64,000 nucleotides of DNA from assembly GCA_028748975.1 (NCBI GenBank), contig JAQTPI010000003.1, positions 33,064-97,063 of the forward strand, in the 5' to 3' direction. Of the stretch, positions 1 to 9,558 are shown in pieces (the first letter of the stretch is position 1; each line of letters begins with the position of its first letter). The DNA is from Patescibacteria group bacterium (lineage in GTDB: Bacteria > Patescibacteriota > Patescibacteriia > UBA2196). The notes beneath the pieces were generated by a model. That model searched no databases. It saw nothing but the letters and a program-made list of their open reading frames with translations, and was not told where the DNA came from. The translations under genes and the position numbers were made by a program.

Positions 1-44
1 TTATATTTTGTTTTTATGTTTTAATGCTTTAATGTTTTAATGCT

Positions 45-1325
45 TTACAAATGTTCATAATCGCGCATGACCAGCTGCGAATCAATCTGGCGCACGGTTT
101 CCAAAACCACTGACACGACGATCAAAAGCGAGGCGCCGGAAATGGCCATGGTGGAAATGCCGGTTAAGGGTTTCATGATTAAGGGCAAAATGGCAACCGC
201 GCCCAAAAACAAAGCGCCAGCGAGCATGATACGATTGGAAACCTTGGCCAAATAGTCCGCGGTTTGCGGACCTGGACGGAGTCCCGGCACAAAACCGCCT
301 TGCTTTTGCAAATTTTCCGCGATTTGGTGCGGATGGAAAATGACGGCAGTATAGAAATAGGTAAAGCCGAAAACCATTAAGAAATAAATTATGCCGTAAA
401 AATATTGATTATTGAAAAGGTCAATGATGAATTGCGAAGCGGTGCGCAAAAAAGTGGAACCGGAGTGCAAAAACATCTGGCCGATTAATGGCGGAAACAT
501 GACAATGGCCACGGCAAAGATAATTGGAATCATGCCGGTCTGATTGACTTTCAAGGGCAGGTGCGTGTCAAAACCGCCATACATTTTATTGCCGCGCACG
601 CGCTTGGCATAGGAAACAGGAATATTGCGCTGGCCTTCAGTAATGAAAACCACGGCCGCGACCACCAAAACCGCCATAACCGCGTAAGCCAAAAGATTAA
701 AAACTTTGTCAACGGAAAAAGTCAAAAGAGTGCGCTGGAGCGAAGTCGGAATATTGGCCACGATGCCGACCAAAATTAAAAGCGAGATGCCATTGCCGAC
801 TTTCTTTTCGGTAATCAATTCGCCAACCCACATCAAAAACAAAGTGCCGCCGGTCAAAATTATCATCATGGAAATAAATTCACCGGAGGAAAGATTGCCG
901 ATAATGCCGCGGCCGGATTGCTGGAGCAGGCGAATCATACTGAAACCCTGAAGCAGGGCCAGAGGAATGGTTAAAAGACGGGTGTATTGATTCATTTTTT
1001 TCTGACCCGACTCCCCTTCTTTCATCATTTCTTCCAGTGACGGAATAATCATGGCCAAAAGCTGTAAAATAATGGAGGCGGTGATGTAGGGACCGACACC
1101 AAGCGCCACCAAAGAAAAATTTTCCATGGCGCCGCCGGAAAAAACATTCAAAAGGCCAAGTACCTGGCTGGAGCCGAAAAACTGGCGGAGAGCGTTGACA
1201 TCAACGCCGGGCATTGGGATATGAGCCGCGATTCTCGCCACAATCAAAAGCCCGAGCACAAAAAGAATGCTGCGGCGCAGGTCATGGTCTTTCCAAATTT
1301 GGTGTAATTTCTCTGTAAACTTCAT
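45..1325 (-). CDS. secY: preprotein translocase subunit SecY
   Basis: Motifs HIPMPGVD, ALGVGPYITASII, GNGISL, IPIIFA and GGFVPGLRPG; end of the spc operon. Confidence 0.98.
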   Translation of the reverse strand: MKFTEKLHQIWKDHDLRRSILFVLGLLIVARIAAHIPMPGVDVNALRQFFGSSQVLGLLNVFSGGAMENFSLVALGVGPYITASIILQLLAMIIPSLEEMMKEGESGQKKMNQYTRLLTIPLALLQGFSMIRLLQQSGRGIIGNLSSGEFISMMIILTGGTLFLMWVGELITEKKVGNGISLLILVGIVANIPTSLQRTLLTFSVDKVFNLLAYAVMAVLVVAAVVFITEGQRNIPVSYAKRVRGNKMYGGFDTHLPLKVNQTGMIPIIFAVAIVMFPPLIGQMFLHSGSTFLRTASQFIIDLFNNQYFYGIIYFLMVFGFTYFYTAVIFHPHQIAENLQKQGGFVPGLRPGPQTADYLAKVSNRIMLAGALFLGAVAILPLIMKPLTGISTMAISGASLLIVVSVVLETVRQIDSQLVMRDYEHL

Positions 1326-1339
1326 ATGGTTTGTTTAAC

Positions 1340-1422
1340 ACGCGAATATATATGCGAATATTTGCGAATGTGTTTGCGAATATTCGCAAAGTTATTCGCA
1401 TCAATTCGCACCGCTATTCGTA
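1340..1422. repeat. family A palindrome (GCGAAT arm / ATTCGC arm)
   Basis: Four GCGAAT units followed by four ATTCG(C) units. Confidence 0.85.
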
Positions 1423-1435
1423 TGCGCCCCCGTCC

Positions 1436-1781
1436 TTGACAGAATTTTTTGGAGGTGATAGAATGGAGATGGTAGTAAATCACTCACAATACAACCGATA
1501 AACGAGGAGGTAAAAATGTTTCTTCAACTCATTCTCCCTGGTGGTAATGGAAATGAAAAATTGAAAGTGTTAAATGACTTCGAAAAATATAAAAAAATAC
1601 AGGTGATATTTGCGCGTGACGCTTTTAGCAACCGCATACCTGACATTATTGTTGATTCGGAGAAAATTGAAAGATTTCCGGGTGATAAAAATTTTTTCTA
1701 CATTCAAAAGAAAGAACGGGGTTAGACATCTAAAGAAAATTATCATGGCAGGCCCGCTGGTCTGCCTTTTTTCTTTGTCAA
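1436..1781 (+). mobile_element. self-contained gene cassette 1 (promoter-SD-ORF-terminator-TTTGTCAA)
   Basis: TTGACA 1436, 17 nt, TGaTAGAAT; GAGGAGG; hairpin 1747-1766 plus T tract; TTTGTCAA 1774-1781. Confidence 0.6.
1516..1725 (+). CDS. hypothetical protein (cassette cargo)
   Basis: 69-aa ORF with SD, promoter and terminator. Confidence 0.7.
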   Translation: MFLQLILPGGNGNEKLKVLNDFEKYKKIQVIFARDAFSNRIPDIIVDSEKIERFPGDKNFFYIQKKERG

Positions 1782-1796
1782 AAAACTGGAACGCGA

Positions 1797-1924
1797 CTAC
1801 CACAACCACCCCGGTCCGACGTGATGTCGGACCACCCCTCCTTCGAAAGGAGGGGATAACGACGCTATCCTCCCCTTTCGAAGGGGAGGTGCCCCGACAG
1901 CAGTCGAGGGCGGAGGGGTTGTAA
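1797..1924. repeat. family F REP-like pair (CCCCTCCTTCGAAAGGAGGGG)
   Basis: Two inverted GC-rich hairpin units; related copies at 14628, 17051, 29566 and 51707. Confidence 0.85.
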
Positions 1925-1956
1925 TAAATTTATTAGATTATTAAATTATCAGATTA

Positions 1957-2391
1957 TTATTTTATCGTCCCGCCGGCTTTCTCAATCGCCTCTTTAGCGG
2001 AAGCTGATACCGCACAATTAGTAAGATTTAATTTTATTTTAATTTCACCTTTGCCTAAAATCTTCACGCTAAATCTGCTGGTGGCGACCATTCTTTTCTT
2101 TAATAAAATTTCCGGAGTCACCACCTCGCCATCTTTAAAATGATGGGTGAGGTCGCGCAAATTCACAATCGCCGGTTTTTTGTACATGGATTTAAAACCG
2201 CGCAACTTGGGAGTCTGCTCCATTAACTGGCGCATACCCAGGCGCTTCAAATTATGGCGGCCGCCGGATCTGGCGCGCTGCCCTTTTTGGCCCTTGCCCG
2301 AATAGTTGCCGCGTTTGCCGCCACGGCCAATGCGGACTTTTTTAGTCCGTGAACCGCGAGCGGATTTAATTGTGTGAAGAGAGAGGGTCAT
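1957..2391 (-). CDS. rplO: 50S ribosomal protein uL15
   Basis: RIGRG, GQKGQRARSG, PKLRGF, SASAKEAIEKAGG. Confidence 0.97.
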   Translation of the reverse strand: MTLSLHTIKSARGSRTKKVRIGRGGKRGNYSGKGQKGQRARSGGRHNLKRLGMRQLMEQTPKLRGFKSMYKKPAIVNLRDLTHHFKDGEVVTPEILLKKRMVATSRFSVKILGKGEIKIKLNLTNCAVSASAKEAIEKAGGTIK

Positions 2392-2395
2392 AAAT

Positions 2396-2488
2396 GATCT
2401 ACAAATTTACGAATCCTACGAATATACGAATAGTTACATAATTTTTGCGCTTCATTCGTACATTCGTTTTATTCGTACATTCGTAGCT
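2396..2488. repeat. family B palindrome (TACGAAT / ATTCGTA)
   Basis: Inverted tandem arms; close copy at 5802-5907. Confidence 0.85.
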
Positions 2489-2493
2489 ATAAT

Positions 2494-2985
2494 TTATTTA
2501 TTTTTACGTTCATTAGACTTATTCAATATCTTCAGCGCCTCGTAGGTGCAGGTGGTATAATTGATTTTATTTTTACTGGTGCTGACCATTTTGCCAACCA
2601 CGTCTTGCAGGCCCGACATGTCCAACATGATGCGCACGGGACCGCCGGCTTTGATGCCGGTGCCGGACGGAGCCGGTTTCAAAAGAATTTTGGCAGCGCC
2701 GAATTTATGCAAAATCGGATGCGGCACAGTGCGTTTAAAATTCAAAGTAATTAAGCTTTTTTTGGCCTGGTCCATGGCTTTGGACATGGCGAGCGCCACG
2801 TCTTTGCCTTTGGCCACGCCAAAACCAACCCGGCCTTTTTTATCGCCAATGACAATTAAGGCGCGAAAACTCATTCTTTTGCCGCCGCCGGTGACACGCG
2901 TCACGCGCGCCAAATCCACCGTCTTTTGGTCAAATTCCGGTTTCTCGCGTTCTGGTCTGTGTTTAAAATCTCTTTTTGGTTTCAT
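2494..2985 (-). CDS. rpsE: 30S ribosomal protein uS5
   Basis: RVTRVTGGGKRMSF, PAPSGTGIKAGG. Confidence 0.98.
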   Translation of the reverse strand: MKPKRDFKHRPEREKPEFDQKTVDLARVTRVTGGGKRMSFRALIVIGDKKGRVGFGVAKGKDVALAMSKAMDQAKKSLITLNFKRTVPHPILHKFGAAKILLKPAPSGTGIKAGGPVRIMLDMSGLQDVVGKMVSTSKNKINYTTCTYEALKILNKSNERKNK

Positions 2986-2993
2986 AATATAGC

Positions 2994-3143
2994 GTTTCCC
3001 CGCCTTCGTTCTCTTGAGTCCTTTAGCACTCCGGCGGGTAAACTCTTGTTATTTTTACTATCTTTCTTTATAAATTACTTATTCCTAAATCAGGAGCCTG
3101 TCCGCCGGAGCGATAATGGGACGCTTAGGAGCGCAGGCGGACA
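2994..3143. repeat. family H double-hairpin element
   Basis: Second copy at 58041-58184. Confidence 0.8.
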
Positions 3144-3148
3144 AAAGA

Positions 3149-3502
3149 TTAAAACTTAAGTCCCCCTTCTCTCGCCCCTTCGGCCAGTGCTTTAATTATA
3201 CCATGATATTTAAAACGGCCGCGATCAAAGACACATTCTTTAATTTTCTTTTCCAAAGCCAGTTTGGCAATTTGACCGCCAACTTCTTTGGCATTCTCAA
3301 TTTTTTTACCTTTTAATTTGGCATCATTGGCGCTCGCTATGGTGATTTGCTTTTCATCATTAATTAATTGGGCGCTGACATGCTTCAAGCTTTTGAAAAC
3401 AGACAATCGGGGTTTTTTGGCGGTGCCCAAAAACTTGGCGCGCACCCGGGCCGCCCGTCTCATTATTTTTATTTGTTTGGCTTTTTGTATGTTTGTCTTC
3501 AT
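3149..3502 (-). CDS. rplR: 50S ribosomal protein uL18
   Basis: PRLSVFKS, VFDRGRFKYHG; start moved to ATG 3502. Confidence 0.97.
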   Translation of the reverse strand: MKTNIQKAKQIKIMRRAARVRAKFLGTAKKPRLSVFKSLKHVSAQLINDEKQITIASANDAKLKGKKIENAKEVGGQIAKLALEKKIKECVFDRGRFKYHGIIKALAEGAREGGLKF

Positions 3503-3508
3503 ATAGGT

Positions 3509-3640
3509 AAACAGATTTTCACAGATAGAGCACGGATTTTCACAGATGCACAGATTAGCTCGCCTCAATTCTCTTGATTAAAGGGATAAATAAATCTGTG
3601 TATTTGTGTTAATCTGTCTAATATCTGTGTCTATTTGTTT
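3509..3640. repeat. family C palindrome (CACAGAT / ATCTGTG)
   Basis: About 45-nt inverted arms around a variable loop; 8 copies in the window. Confidence 0.9.
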
Positions 3641-3646
3641 TGGTTA

Positions 3647-4192
3647 TTACGCCGCGGCTGTTTTCGCTTTCTTGCCGGCTTTAATCTTAATTATTTCACC
3701 CAAATATCTGATGCCTTTGCCTTTGTAAGGTTCTGGTTTTTTAACGCGCTTAATTTGCGCGGCTGTTTCACCGACTAAAAATTTATCATTACCTTCAATA
3801 GTGATGACATTTTTATCAACGGAAATTTTGATGCCGTCGGGAATAGGAAATTTGACTTCATGAGAATAACCCACCGCCAGCATTAAATTTTTACCGGAGA
3901 CGGAGGCGCGATAACCGACGCCGTTGATTTCCAGCTCTTTTTTAAAACCAACAGTCACGCCCAAAATCATGTTGTTCACCAGCTGGCGCATGGTGCCCCA
4001 AAGCGCACTCACGTATTTTTCTTCTTGAAGAACCACCATATTTATTTCTTTGTCCTTGAGTTCCAAACCGATGGCGGGATGAAGTTTCAGAGTCAATTCG
4101 CCTTTGGGTCCTTTGACCATAACCAAACCAGCCTCGACTTTCACTTCGACTTTGTCCGGAATTTGAATTATTTTTTTACCTACTCTGCTCAT
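3647..4192 (-). CDS. rplF: 50S ribosomal protein uL6
   Basis: MSRVGK, PEPYKGKGIRY. Confidence 0.98.
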   Translation of the reverse strand: MSRVGKKIIQIPDKVEVKVEAGLVMVKGPKGELTLKLHPAIGLELKDKEINMVVLQEEKYVSALWGTMRQLVNNMILGVTVGFKKELEINGVGYRASVSGKNLMLAVGYSHEVKFPIPDGIKISVDKNVITIEGNDKFLVGETAAQIKRVKKPEPYKGKGIRYLGEIIKIKAGKKAKTAAA

Positions 4193-4200
4193 AAATATTA

Positions 4201-4340
4201 TTTAAGCTCCAAGCTCCAAATTCCAAGCTCCAAATAAATCTCAAATTCCAATAATCAAAATTCAAAATTACGACGGTTTGGAATTTGAAATTTGTTATTT
4301 GGAACTTATTTGGAAATTGGGAATTGGTTATTGGAAATTT
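4201..4340. repeat. family D heptamer palindrome (TCCAAAT / ATTTGGA)
   Basis: 7-nt periodic inverted arms. Confidence 0.85.
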
Positions 4341-4342
4341 TT

Positions 4343-4771
4343 CTAATATATCTCACAAACCACTTCCCCGCCCAAACCTTTTTTGCGAGCCTCATTATCA
4401 GTCATTAAACCTTGGGAGGTGGAAATGATGGCCATGCCCCAACCATTCAAAACTTTAGGCAGTTTATCTTTAGCGGCATAAACGCGCTTGCCGGGCTTAC
4501 TGACTCTTTGAATGCTCTTAATTTTACCTTCACCATCAGCATCATAAATTAGCCCCAATTTAAGCTGTTCAAATTTAATTCCACTTTCTTTGCTTTTTTT
4601 AATCTTAAGATCTGGTTTGATGATGGACACTTCTTTCACCCAGTTTTCGCGCTCCAAAACCTTTAAGACAGCCAATTTTAATTTTGAATACGGCAAAACC
4701 ACTTCAGCTTTTTTGACCAGCTGGGCGTTTCTGATTCTTGTTAACATGTCGGAAATTGGATCAGTATGCAT
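4343..4771 (-). CDS. rpsH: 30S ribosomal protein uS8
   Basis: DPISDMLTRIRNA, SKPGKRVY, GGEVVC; start moved to 4771. Confidence 0.98.
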   Translation of the reverse strand: MHTDPISDMLTRIRNAQLVKKAEVVLPYSKLKLAVLKVLERENWVKEVSIIKPDLKIKKSKESGIKFEQLKLGLIYDADGEGKIKSIQRVSKPGKRVYAAKDKLPKVLNGWGMAIISTSQGLMTDNEARKKGLGGEVVCEIY

Positions 4772-4781
4772 AATATTCTTT

Positions 4782-4899
4782 AAAGCACCAAATTTCAAAT
4801 TCCAAATAACAAACGGTTGGCGCGGAGCGCCAATTGTTTAGAATTTAGAATTTGGTGCTTGGAATTTGTTTGTATTTTGTAATTTGTTATTTGTAATTT
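4782..4899. repeat. family D palindrome
   Basis: Heptamer arms with apical TTGGCGCGGAGCGCCAA hairpin. Confidence 0.8.
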
Positions 4900-4910
4900 A
4901 CTATTTTAGT

Positions 4911-5096
4911 TTACCAACTTGATTTGGTTACTCCCGGCAACTCATTGCGATTAGCTAACTCACGAAAACAGATGCGGCACATATTGAAATCGCGCATGTA
5001 GCCGCGATTGCGGCCGCAACGCCAACAGCGCCTCACTTTGCGAGTGCTGAATTTTGGTTTTCTTTTAGATTTAGCAATTTGAGCTTGAGTGGCCAT
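4911..5096 (-). CDS. rpsN: 30S ribosomal protein uS14 (short zinc-binding type)
   Basis: 61 aa; CWRC and CRIC; start moved to 5096. Confidence 0.97.
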   Translation of the reverse strand: MATQAQIAKSKRKPKFSTRKVRRCWRCGRNRGYMRDFNMCRICFRELANRNELPGVTKSSW

Positions 5097-5116
5097 AGAT
5101 TTATTTTTATATGTAA

Positions 5117-5248
5117 CCTGCCCTGAGGAGCGGGAGCGACGAAGGGCCCCCTGCGAACCTGGGTAAGTTATATTTTGCAAGTTTTACCCGCTTGCTACGG
5201 GGTCCTTCGTCCTCCTTACCCGCTGGCAAGTCGTCCTCAGGACAGGCT
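5117..5248. repeat. family G REP-like pair
   Basis: CCTGAGGAGCG..CGACGAAGG and inverted CCTTCGTC..CCTCAGG. Confidence 0.75.
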
Positions 5249-5254
5249 AATAAT

Positions 5255-5794
5255 TTACTTCTGAAACGGAAACCCTAATAATTTAAATAATTCTAATCCT
5301 TCTTCTTTATTTTTAGCATTGGTTGTCAAGACAACTTCCAGGCCATGAATACTTTCCACTTCATCCGGATTAATTTCGCCAAAAACCAAATGTTCTTTAA
5401 AACCAATGGTTAAATTACCGGTCTTATCAATGGATTTGGGAGAAAGTCCGCGAAAATCGCGCACGCGCGGCAAGGCCACGCCAATCAATTTATCAACAAA
5501 ATCAAACATGCGGCCGCGGCGCAAAGTGACCTTGGCGCCGACCACTTGATTTTCTCTGATCTTAAAAGCGGAAATGGCCTTTTTGGCTTTGGTCAAAATT
5601 GGCCTCTGGCCAGAAATTCTAACCAGGGTGCGCTCAATTAAAGCTTGAAACTTATCATCACGCTTGGCAGCGGAAATTCCCACATTCAAAGTCACCTTCA
5701 AAAGTTTCGGCACCGCCAAATCATTGGTGTAGCCGAACTTTTCCTTCAAGGCCGGGATTATTTCTTTAAGATATTTTTGCTTGAGTCTGTTCAT
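5255..5794 (-). CDS. rplE: 50S ribosomal protein uL5
   Basis: GAKVTLR, ALPRVRDFRG. Confidence 0.98.
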   Translation of the reverse strand: MNRLKQKYLKEIIPALKEKFGYTNDLAVPKLLKVTLNVGISAAKRDDKFQALIERTLVRISGQRPILTKAKKAISAFKIRENQVVGAKVTLRRGRMFDFVDKLIGVALPRVRDFRGLSPKSIDKTGNLTIGFKEHLVFGEINPDEVESIHGLEVVLTTNAKNKEEGLELFKLLGFPFQK

Positions 5795-5801
5795 AAATTG
5801 A

Positions 5802-5907
5802 GATCTACGAATTTACGAATCCCGAGTACTCGGGACGAATATACAAATAGTCACATAATTTTTGCGCTTCATTCGTACATTCGTTTTATTCGTAAATTTG
5901 TAGTTCT
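5802..5907. repeat. family B palindrome with TCCCGAGTACTCGGGA insert
   Basis: Matches 2396-2488 apart from an inserted short palindrome. Confidence 0.85.
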
Positions 5908-5930
5908 ACTTTTATTTACTTAGCTTATTA

Positions 5931-6266
5931 TTATATTACAGCACTACATTTTTTACATATGCGCTGTTTTTTCTCACGAGTCAGTTCAGATTTTTCGGCA
6001 TTAATTTGAAAACCAATTCTGGTTGCTTTGCCACATTTGGGGCAAACCAGCATGACATTTGTGGCGTCCATCAGAGCCGGAAACATGATGCGCTGGCCTT
6101 TTTCGCGGTCGCGGCGCGGGCGCAGATGCTTATAGCGCAGATTCAAACCTTCCACCGTCACCATCAAGCGATCCTCATCTTTTTTAACCACCTGCAAAAC
6201 CCGGCCGCTTTTGCCGCGGTCTTTGCCTTTGATTATTTTGACGGTGTCATTCTTTCTAATATTCAT
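5931..6266 (-). CDS. rplX: 50S ribosomal protein uL24
   Basis: KOW motif IKGKDRGKSG; CPKC..CKKC. Confidence 0.97.
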   Translation of the reverse strand: MNIRKNDTVKIIKGKDRGKSGRVLQVVKKDEDRLMVTVEGLNLRYKHLRPRRDREKGQRIMFPALMDATNVMLVCPKCGKATRIGFQINAEKSELTREKKQRICKKCSAVI

Positions 6267-6289
6267 AATTTTATAATAATGTTTTCATC

Positions 6290-6381
6290 TGCGAATTTTT
6301 ACGAATTTTGTGCGAATTTTGCGAACAGATCGTTCTGTGCCTATTCGCATAATTCGCAGGTAATTCGCTACTAATTCGCAT
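6290..6381. repeat. family A palindrome
   Basis: GCGAAT / ATTCGC arms; similar to 9904-9995. Confidence 0.85.
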
Positions 6382-6753
6382 TTACAAAACTTCTGGTGCG
6401 AGTGAAATTATTTTATTAAACCCGGCGGCGCGCAGTTCTCTGGCTACTGGGCCAAAGATACGTGTGGCTTTCGGTTCTTTGGTTTTTGGGTCAATAATAA
6501 CGCCGGCGTTGTCATCAAAACGAATATAGATGCCGTTTTTACGGCGGATTTCTTTTCTGGTACGGACAATTACCACTTTAACCAAATCGCCTTTTTTGAC
6601 CGCGGTGTGCGGCTGGGCATCTTTGATGGTGCAGTAAACAATGTCACCAATGCTGGCAAAACGCCGACGATAGCCCGCGCCAACCTTAATTACCTGAAGC
6701 CGTTTGGCTCCGGAATTATCAGCAACATTGATTTGAGAGGCAAGTTGAATCAT
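6382..6753 (-). CDS. rplN: 50S ribosomal protein uL14
   Basis: [23 protein letters not shown]; start moved to 6753. Confidence 0.98.
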   Translation of the reverse strand: MIQLASQINVADNSGAKRLQVIKVGAGYRRRFASIGDIVYCTIKDAQPHTAVKKGDLVKVVIVRTRKEIRRKNGIYIRFDDNAGVIIDPKTKEPKATRIFGPVARELRAAGFNKIISLAPEVL

Positions 6754-6761
6754 AAATAATT

Positions 6762-6898
6762 TAAAGCACCAAGCTCCAAGCACCAATTTCCAAACAAATT
6801 TCAAATTTCAATAATTAAAATTTCAAACACGACGGTTTAGGATTTGGAATTTGATATTTTGAATTTGTTTGTTATTTGATGCTTGTTATTTGGAATTT
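6762..6898. repeat. family D palindrome
   Basis: Heptamer arms; central ACGACGGTTT also present in the 4201 copy. Confidence 0.85.
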
Positions 6899-6899
6899 A

Positions 6900-7148
6900 T
6901 TATTGCACCGTCTTCCATCTCTTATCTTTTGATAGCGGCCGGCATTCTATGAAAGTTACTTTATCGCCGACTTTGTGTTCGTTCTTTTCATCATGAACTT
7001 TATATTTTTTGCTGACGGTGTAGCGTTTGAGGTAGCGCGGATGGATTTTAGTATTTTCAACCTTAACCACGATGGTTTTGTCCATCTTATCAGAAACTAC
7101 CGTGCCGGTAAAGGTTCTTTTGATTTTATTATTATTTTCTTTTTCCAT
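6900..7148 (-). CDS. rpsQ: 30S ribosomal protein uS17
   Basis: GTVVSDKMDKT, ECRPLSKDKRW. Confidence 0.98.
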   Translation of the reverse strand: MEKENNNKIKRTFTGTVVSDKMDKTIVVKVENTKIHPRYLKRYTVSKKYKVHDEKNEHKVGDKVTFIECRPLSKDKRWKTVQ

Positions 7149-7155
7149 ATTATTA

Positions 7156-7341
7156 TTATTTTATGGTTTTAAGTAAAGTAGAAATTTGCGCAATATTTTT
7201 CTTGGCAAAACGAAGTTCACGGATATTTTTAAGTTGGCGCTGAGCCACCTTAAAATTAAGCTCGCGTAATTTCTCCTGCTCGTTTTTTAACAGGGTTTTT
7301 AATTCGTTTTCAGATTTTATTTTTAATTCTTTAATTTTCAT
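7156..7341 (-). CDS. rpmC: 50S ribosomal protein uL29
   Basis: 61 aa; KKNIAQIST; position between rplP and rpsQ. Confidence 0.92.
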   Translation of the reverse strand: MKIKELKIKSENELKTLLKNEQEKLRELNFKVAQRQLKNIRELRFAKKNIAQISTLLKTIK

Positions 7342-7346
7342 ATAAT

Positions 7347-7430
7347 ACGCTAATTAATTTGCGAATTTTTGCGAATGTGTTTGCGAATATTCGCATAGTT
7401 ATTCGCAAACATTCGCATATTTATTCGGGT
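7347..7430. repeat. family A palindrome
   Basis: GCGAAT / ATTCGC arms centred on GCGAATATTCGC, as at 1340. Confidence 0.85.
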
Positions 7431-7431
7431 G

Positions 7432-7845
7432 CTACCTCTTCACCACCTTATTTTTGACCGGCAACTTATGGCCGGCAAAAATTAAACCCTCTTTAGCAGA
7501 CTTTTCATCCACACCGGAAATTTCAAACATGACTGTGCCGGGTTTCACAAAAACAGCATAATGATCAACCATACCCTTGCCTTTACCCATTTTTGTTTCG
7601 CTGCCATGAAGAGTAATTGGCTTATCAGGAAAAATTCTAGTCCAGACCTTACCACCCTTTCTGATATAGCGCACCAGCACGCGACGCGCGGCTTCAATTT
7701 GGCGGGAAGTGATGCGACTGCCTTCGGTAGATTTCAAGCCAAATTCGCCAAAATTAACCTCGCGGCAGCGCGTGTTGAAAACACCACCAGATTCACCGGC
7801 CGATTTGTGCCATTTTCTGTGTTTTACTTTTTTAGGTGATAACAT
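7432..7845 (-). CDS. rplP: 50S ribosomal protein uL16
   Basis: RQIEAARR, RIFPDKPIT, MGKGKG; start moved to 7845. Confidence 0.98.
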   Translation of the reverse strand: MLSPKKVKHRKWHKSAGESGGVFNTRCREVNFGEFGLKSTEGSRITSRQIEAARRVLVRYIRKGGKVWTRIFPDKPITLHGSETKMGKGKGMVDHYAVFVKPGTVMFEISGVDEKSAKEGLIFAGHKLPVKNKVVKR

Positions 7846-7851
7846 ACAAAT

Positions 7852-7982
7852 AAACAAATTTTCACAGATAGAGCGCGGATTCTCACAGATACACAGATTG
7901 TCTCACCCCACTTCTCTTAATTAGGGGGATGAATAAATCTGTGTATCTGTGTTGATCTGTCTGGTATCTGTGTCTATTTGTT
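7852..7982. repeat. family C palindrome
   Basis: CACAGAT / ATCTGTG arms. Confidence 0.9.
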
Positions 7983-7989
7983 TTGTTTT

Positions 7990-8661
7990 TTATTTTTTCT
8001 TCTCCTCTACTTTGCCAAAATATTCGCCTTTATAAATCCAGACTTTGATGCCGATGATGCCATAGGAAGTTTCGGCGGTGGTGCGGGAATAATCAATATC
8101 GGAGCGCAAGGTGTGCAAAGGCATCTTGCCTTGCGACAACATCTCCCGCCGCGCGATTTCCGCGCCATCCAAGCGGCCGCTAATTGTCACCTTCACGCCC
8201 TGGGCCCCCGCTTTCATCATCGCTTCAATATTTCTTTTCATGGCGCGCCGAAATGGAATTCTTTTTTCCAATTCATTGGCAATGTTTTTAGCGACAATCA
8301 TGGCAGAAAGCTGCGGCTGGGTTACTTCTTTAATGCCGATATTAATGTTTATTCCTTTGGCTACTTTGCCTTTTAAAATATTTTTAACAATATGATTTTT
8401 GACATCTTCCACGCCCGCGCCGCCCTTGCCAATGATGACACCGGGACGAGAAGAAAAAATAGTGATTTTCATGTTATCGCGCGCGCGTTCAATTTCCACG
8501 TGGTCCAAACCGGCTTCATGAAGTTTTTTCATGATATAGCGGCGGATTTTGACATCCTGCTCGGCTTTGGCGGCGTATTCGCGACCCGAAGCAAACCACT
8601 TGGAATTCCAAGAAGTTGACTGTCCGATGCGAAATATTTTTGGATTAACTTTGTGACCCAT
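7990..8661 (-). CDS. rpsC: 30S ribosomal protein uS3
   Basis: MGHKVNP, RPGVIIGKGG, GRLDGAEIAR; start moved to 8661. Confidence 0.98.
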   Translation of the reverse strand: MGHKVNPKIFRIGQSTSWNSKWFASGREYAAKAEQDVKIRRYIMKKLHEAGLDHVEIERARDNMKITIFSSRPGVIIGKGGAGVEDVKNHIVKNILKGKVAKGININIGIKEVTQPQLSAMIVAKNIANELEKRIPFRRAMKRNIEAMMKAGAQGVKVTISGRLDGAEIARREMLSQGKMPLHTLRSDIDYSRTTAETSYGIIGIKVWIYKGEYFGKVEEKKK

Positions 8662-8670
8662 AATAATATA

Positions 8671-8801
8671 AAACAAATTTTCACAGATAGAGCGCGGATT
8701 TTCACAGATACACAGATTGTTTCACCTTTATACTTCTCTATTAGAGATAAATAAATCTGTGTATCTGTGTTGATCTGTCTGGTATCTGTGTCTATTTGTT
8801 T
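8671..8801. repeat. family C palindrome
   Basis: Near-identical to 9423-9552. Confidence 0.92.
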
Positions 8802-8803
8802 GG

Positions 8804-9415
8804 TTAAACAGATTTCCGTCTAAATACCCTTTTTAATATTCCACCCTTGCTTTTTTTTCTGATCTTATCAAGGTGTTGTTTTTCGCGGTGCTTGCCTTCC
8901 ATGCGGATGTCTTCAATGTCTGGCTTATGTTCTTCCCCGGTAGTTGCTTCTTTCCCTTCCGAGTGAACGTTTTCTTCCACTTCTTCTTTGACCAATTTTT
9001 TAGCTTCATCCCAATCTTTAACTACTACTACGTCGTCCCCTTTTTCTTGTTTTTCCTTTTTTTCTTTTTTAACTTCTGTCACGGTTTTATCTTCCAAAAT
9101 TAAAGTGACATGAGTGGTAAATTTATGGATGGGGGTGGCGCGGCCCTGGGCGCGCGGCATCCAGCGTTTTAAAACAGAGCCCTTGTCAGCGCGAAATTCG
9201 GAAATTTCCAGATTTTCTTTTTTCAATTTAAAGTTGTTTTCCGCGTTGGCCACGGCGCTTTTTAATAATTTCAAAAGAGGCAAAGCTGATTTTTTCGGCA
9301 TAAACTGCAATTGTTCCATGGCTTTACTAACTGGCATTTTTTTAACAGCTTCAAGCACGACCCGGACTTTGCGGGGAGAGATGCGGAGATAATTAATTTT
9401 GGCTTGAATCTTCAT
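8804..9415 (-). CDS. rplV: 50S ribosomal protein uL22 with long charged C-terminal extension
   Basis: RISPRKVR, LKSAVANA, PRAQGRA; start moved to 9415. Confidence 0.97.
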   Translation of the reverse strand: MKIQAKINYLRISPRKVRVVLEAVKKMPVSKAMEQLQFMPKKSALPLLKLLKSAVANAENNFKLKKENLEISEFRADKGSVLKRWMPRAQGRATPIHKFTTHVTLILEDKTVTEVKKEKKEKQEKGDDVVVVKDWDEAKKLVKEEVEENVHSEGKEATTGEEHKPDIEDIRMEGKHREKQHLDKIRKKSKGGILKRVFRRKSV

Positions 9416-9422
9416 AGAGATA

Positions 9423-9552
9423 AACAAATTTTCACAGATAGAGCGCGGATTTTCACAGATACACAGATTGTTTCACCTTTATACTTCTCTATTAGAGATA
9501 AATAAATCTGTGTATCTGTGTTGATCTGTCTGGTATCTGTGTCTATCTGTTT
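9423..9552. repeat. family C palindrome
   Basis: Near-identical to 8671-8801. Confidence 0.92.
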
Positions 9553-9558
9553 TGATTA

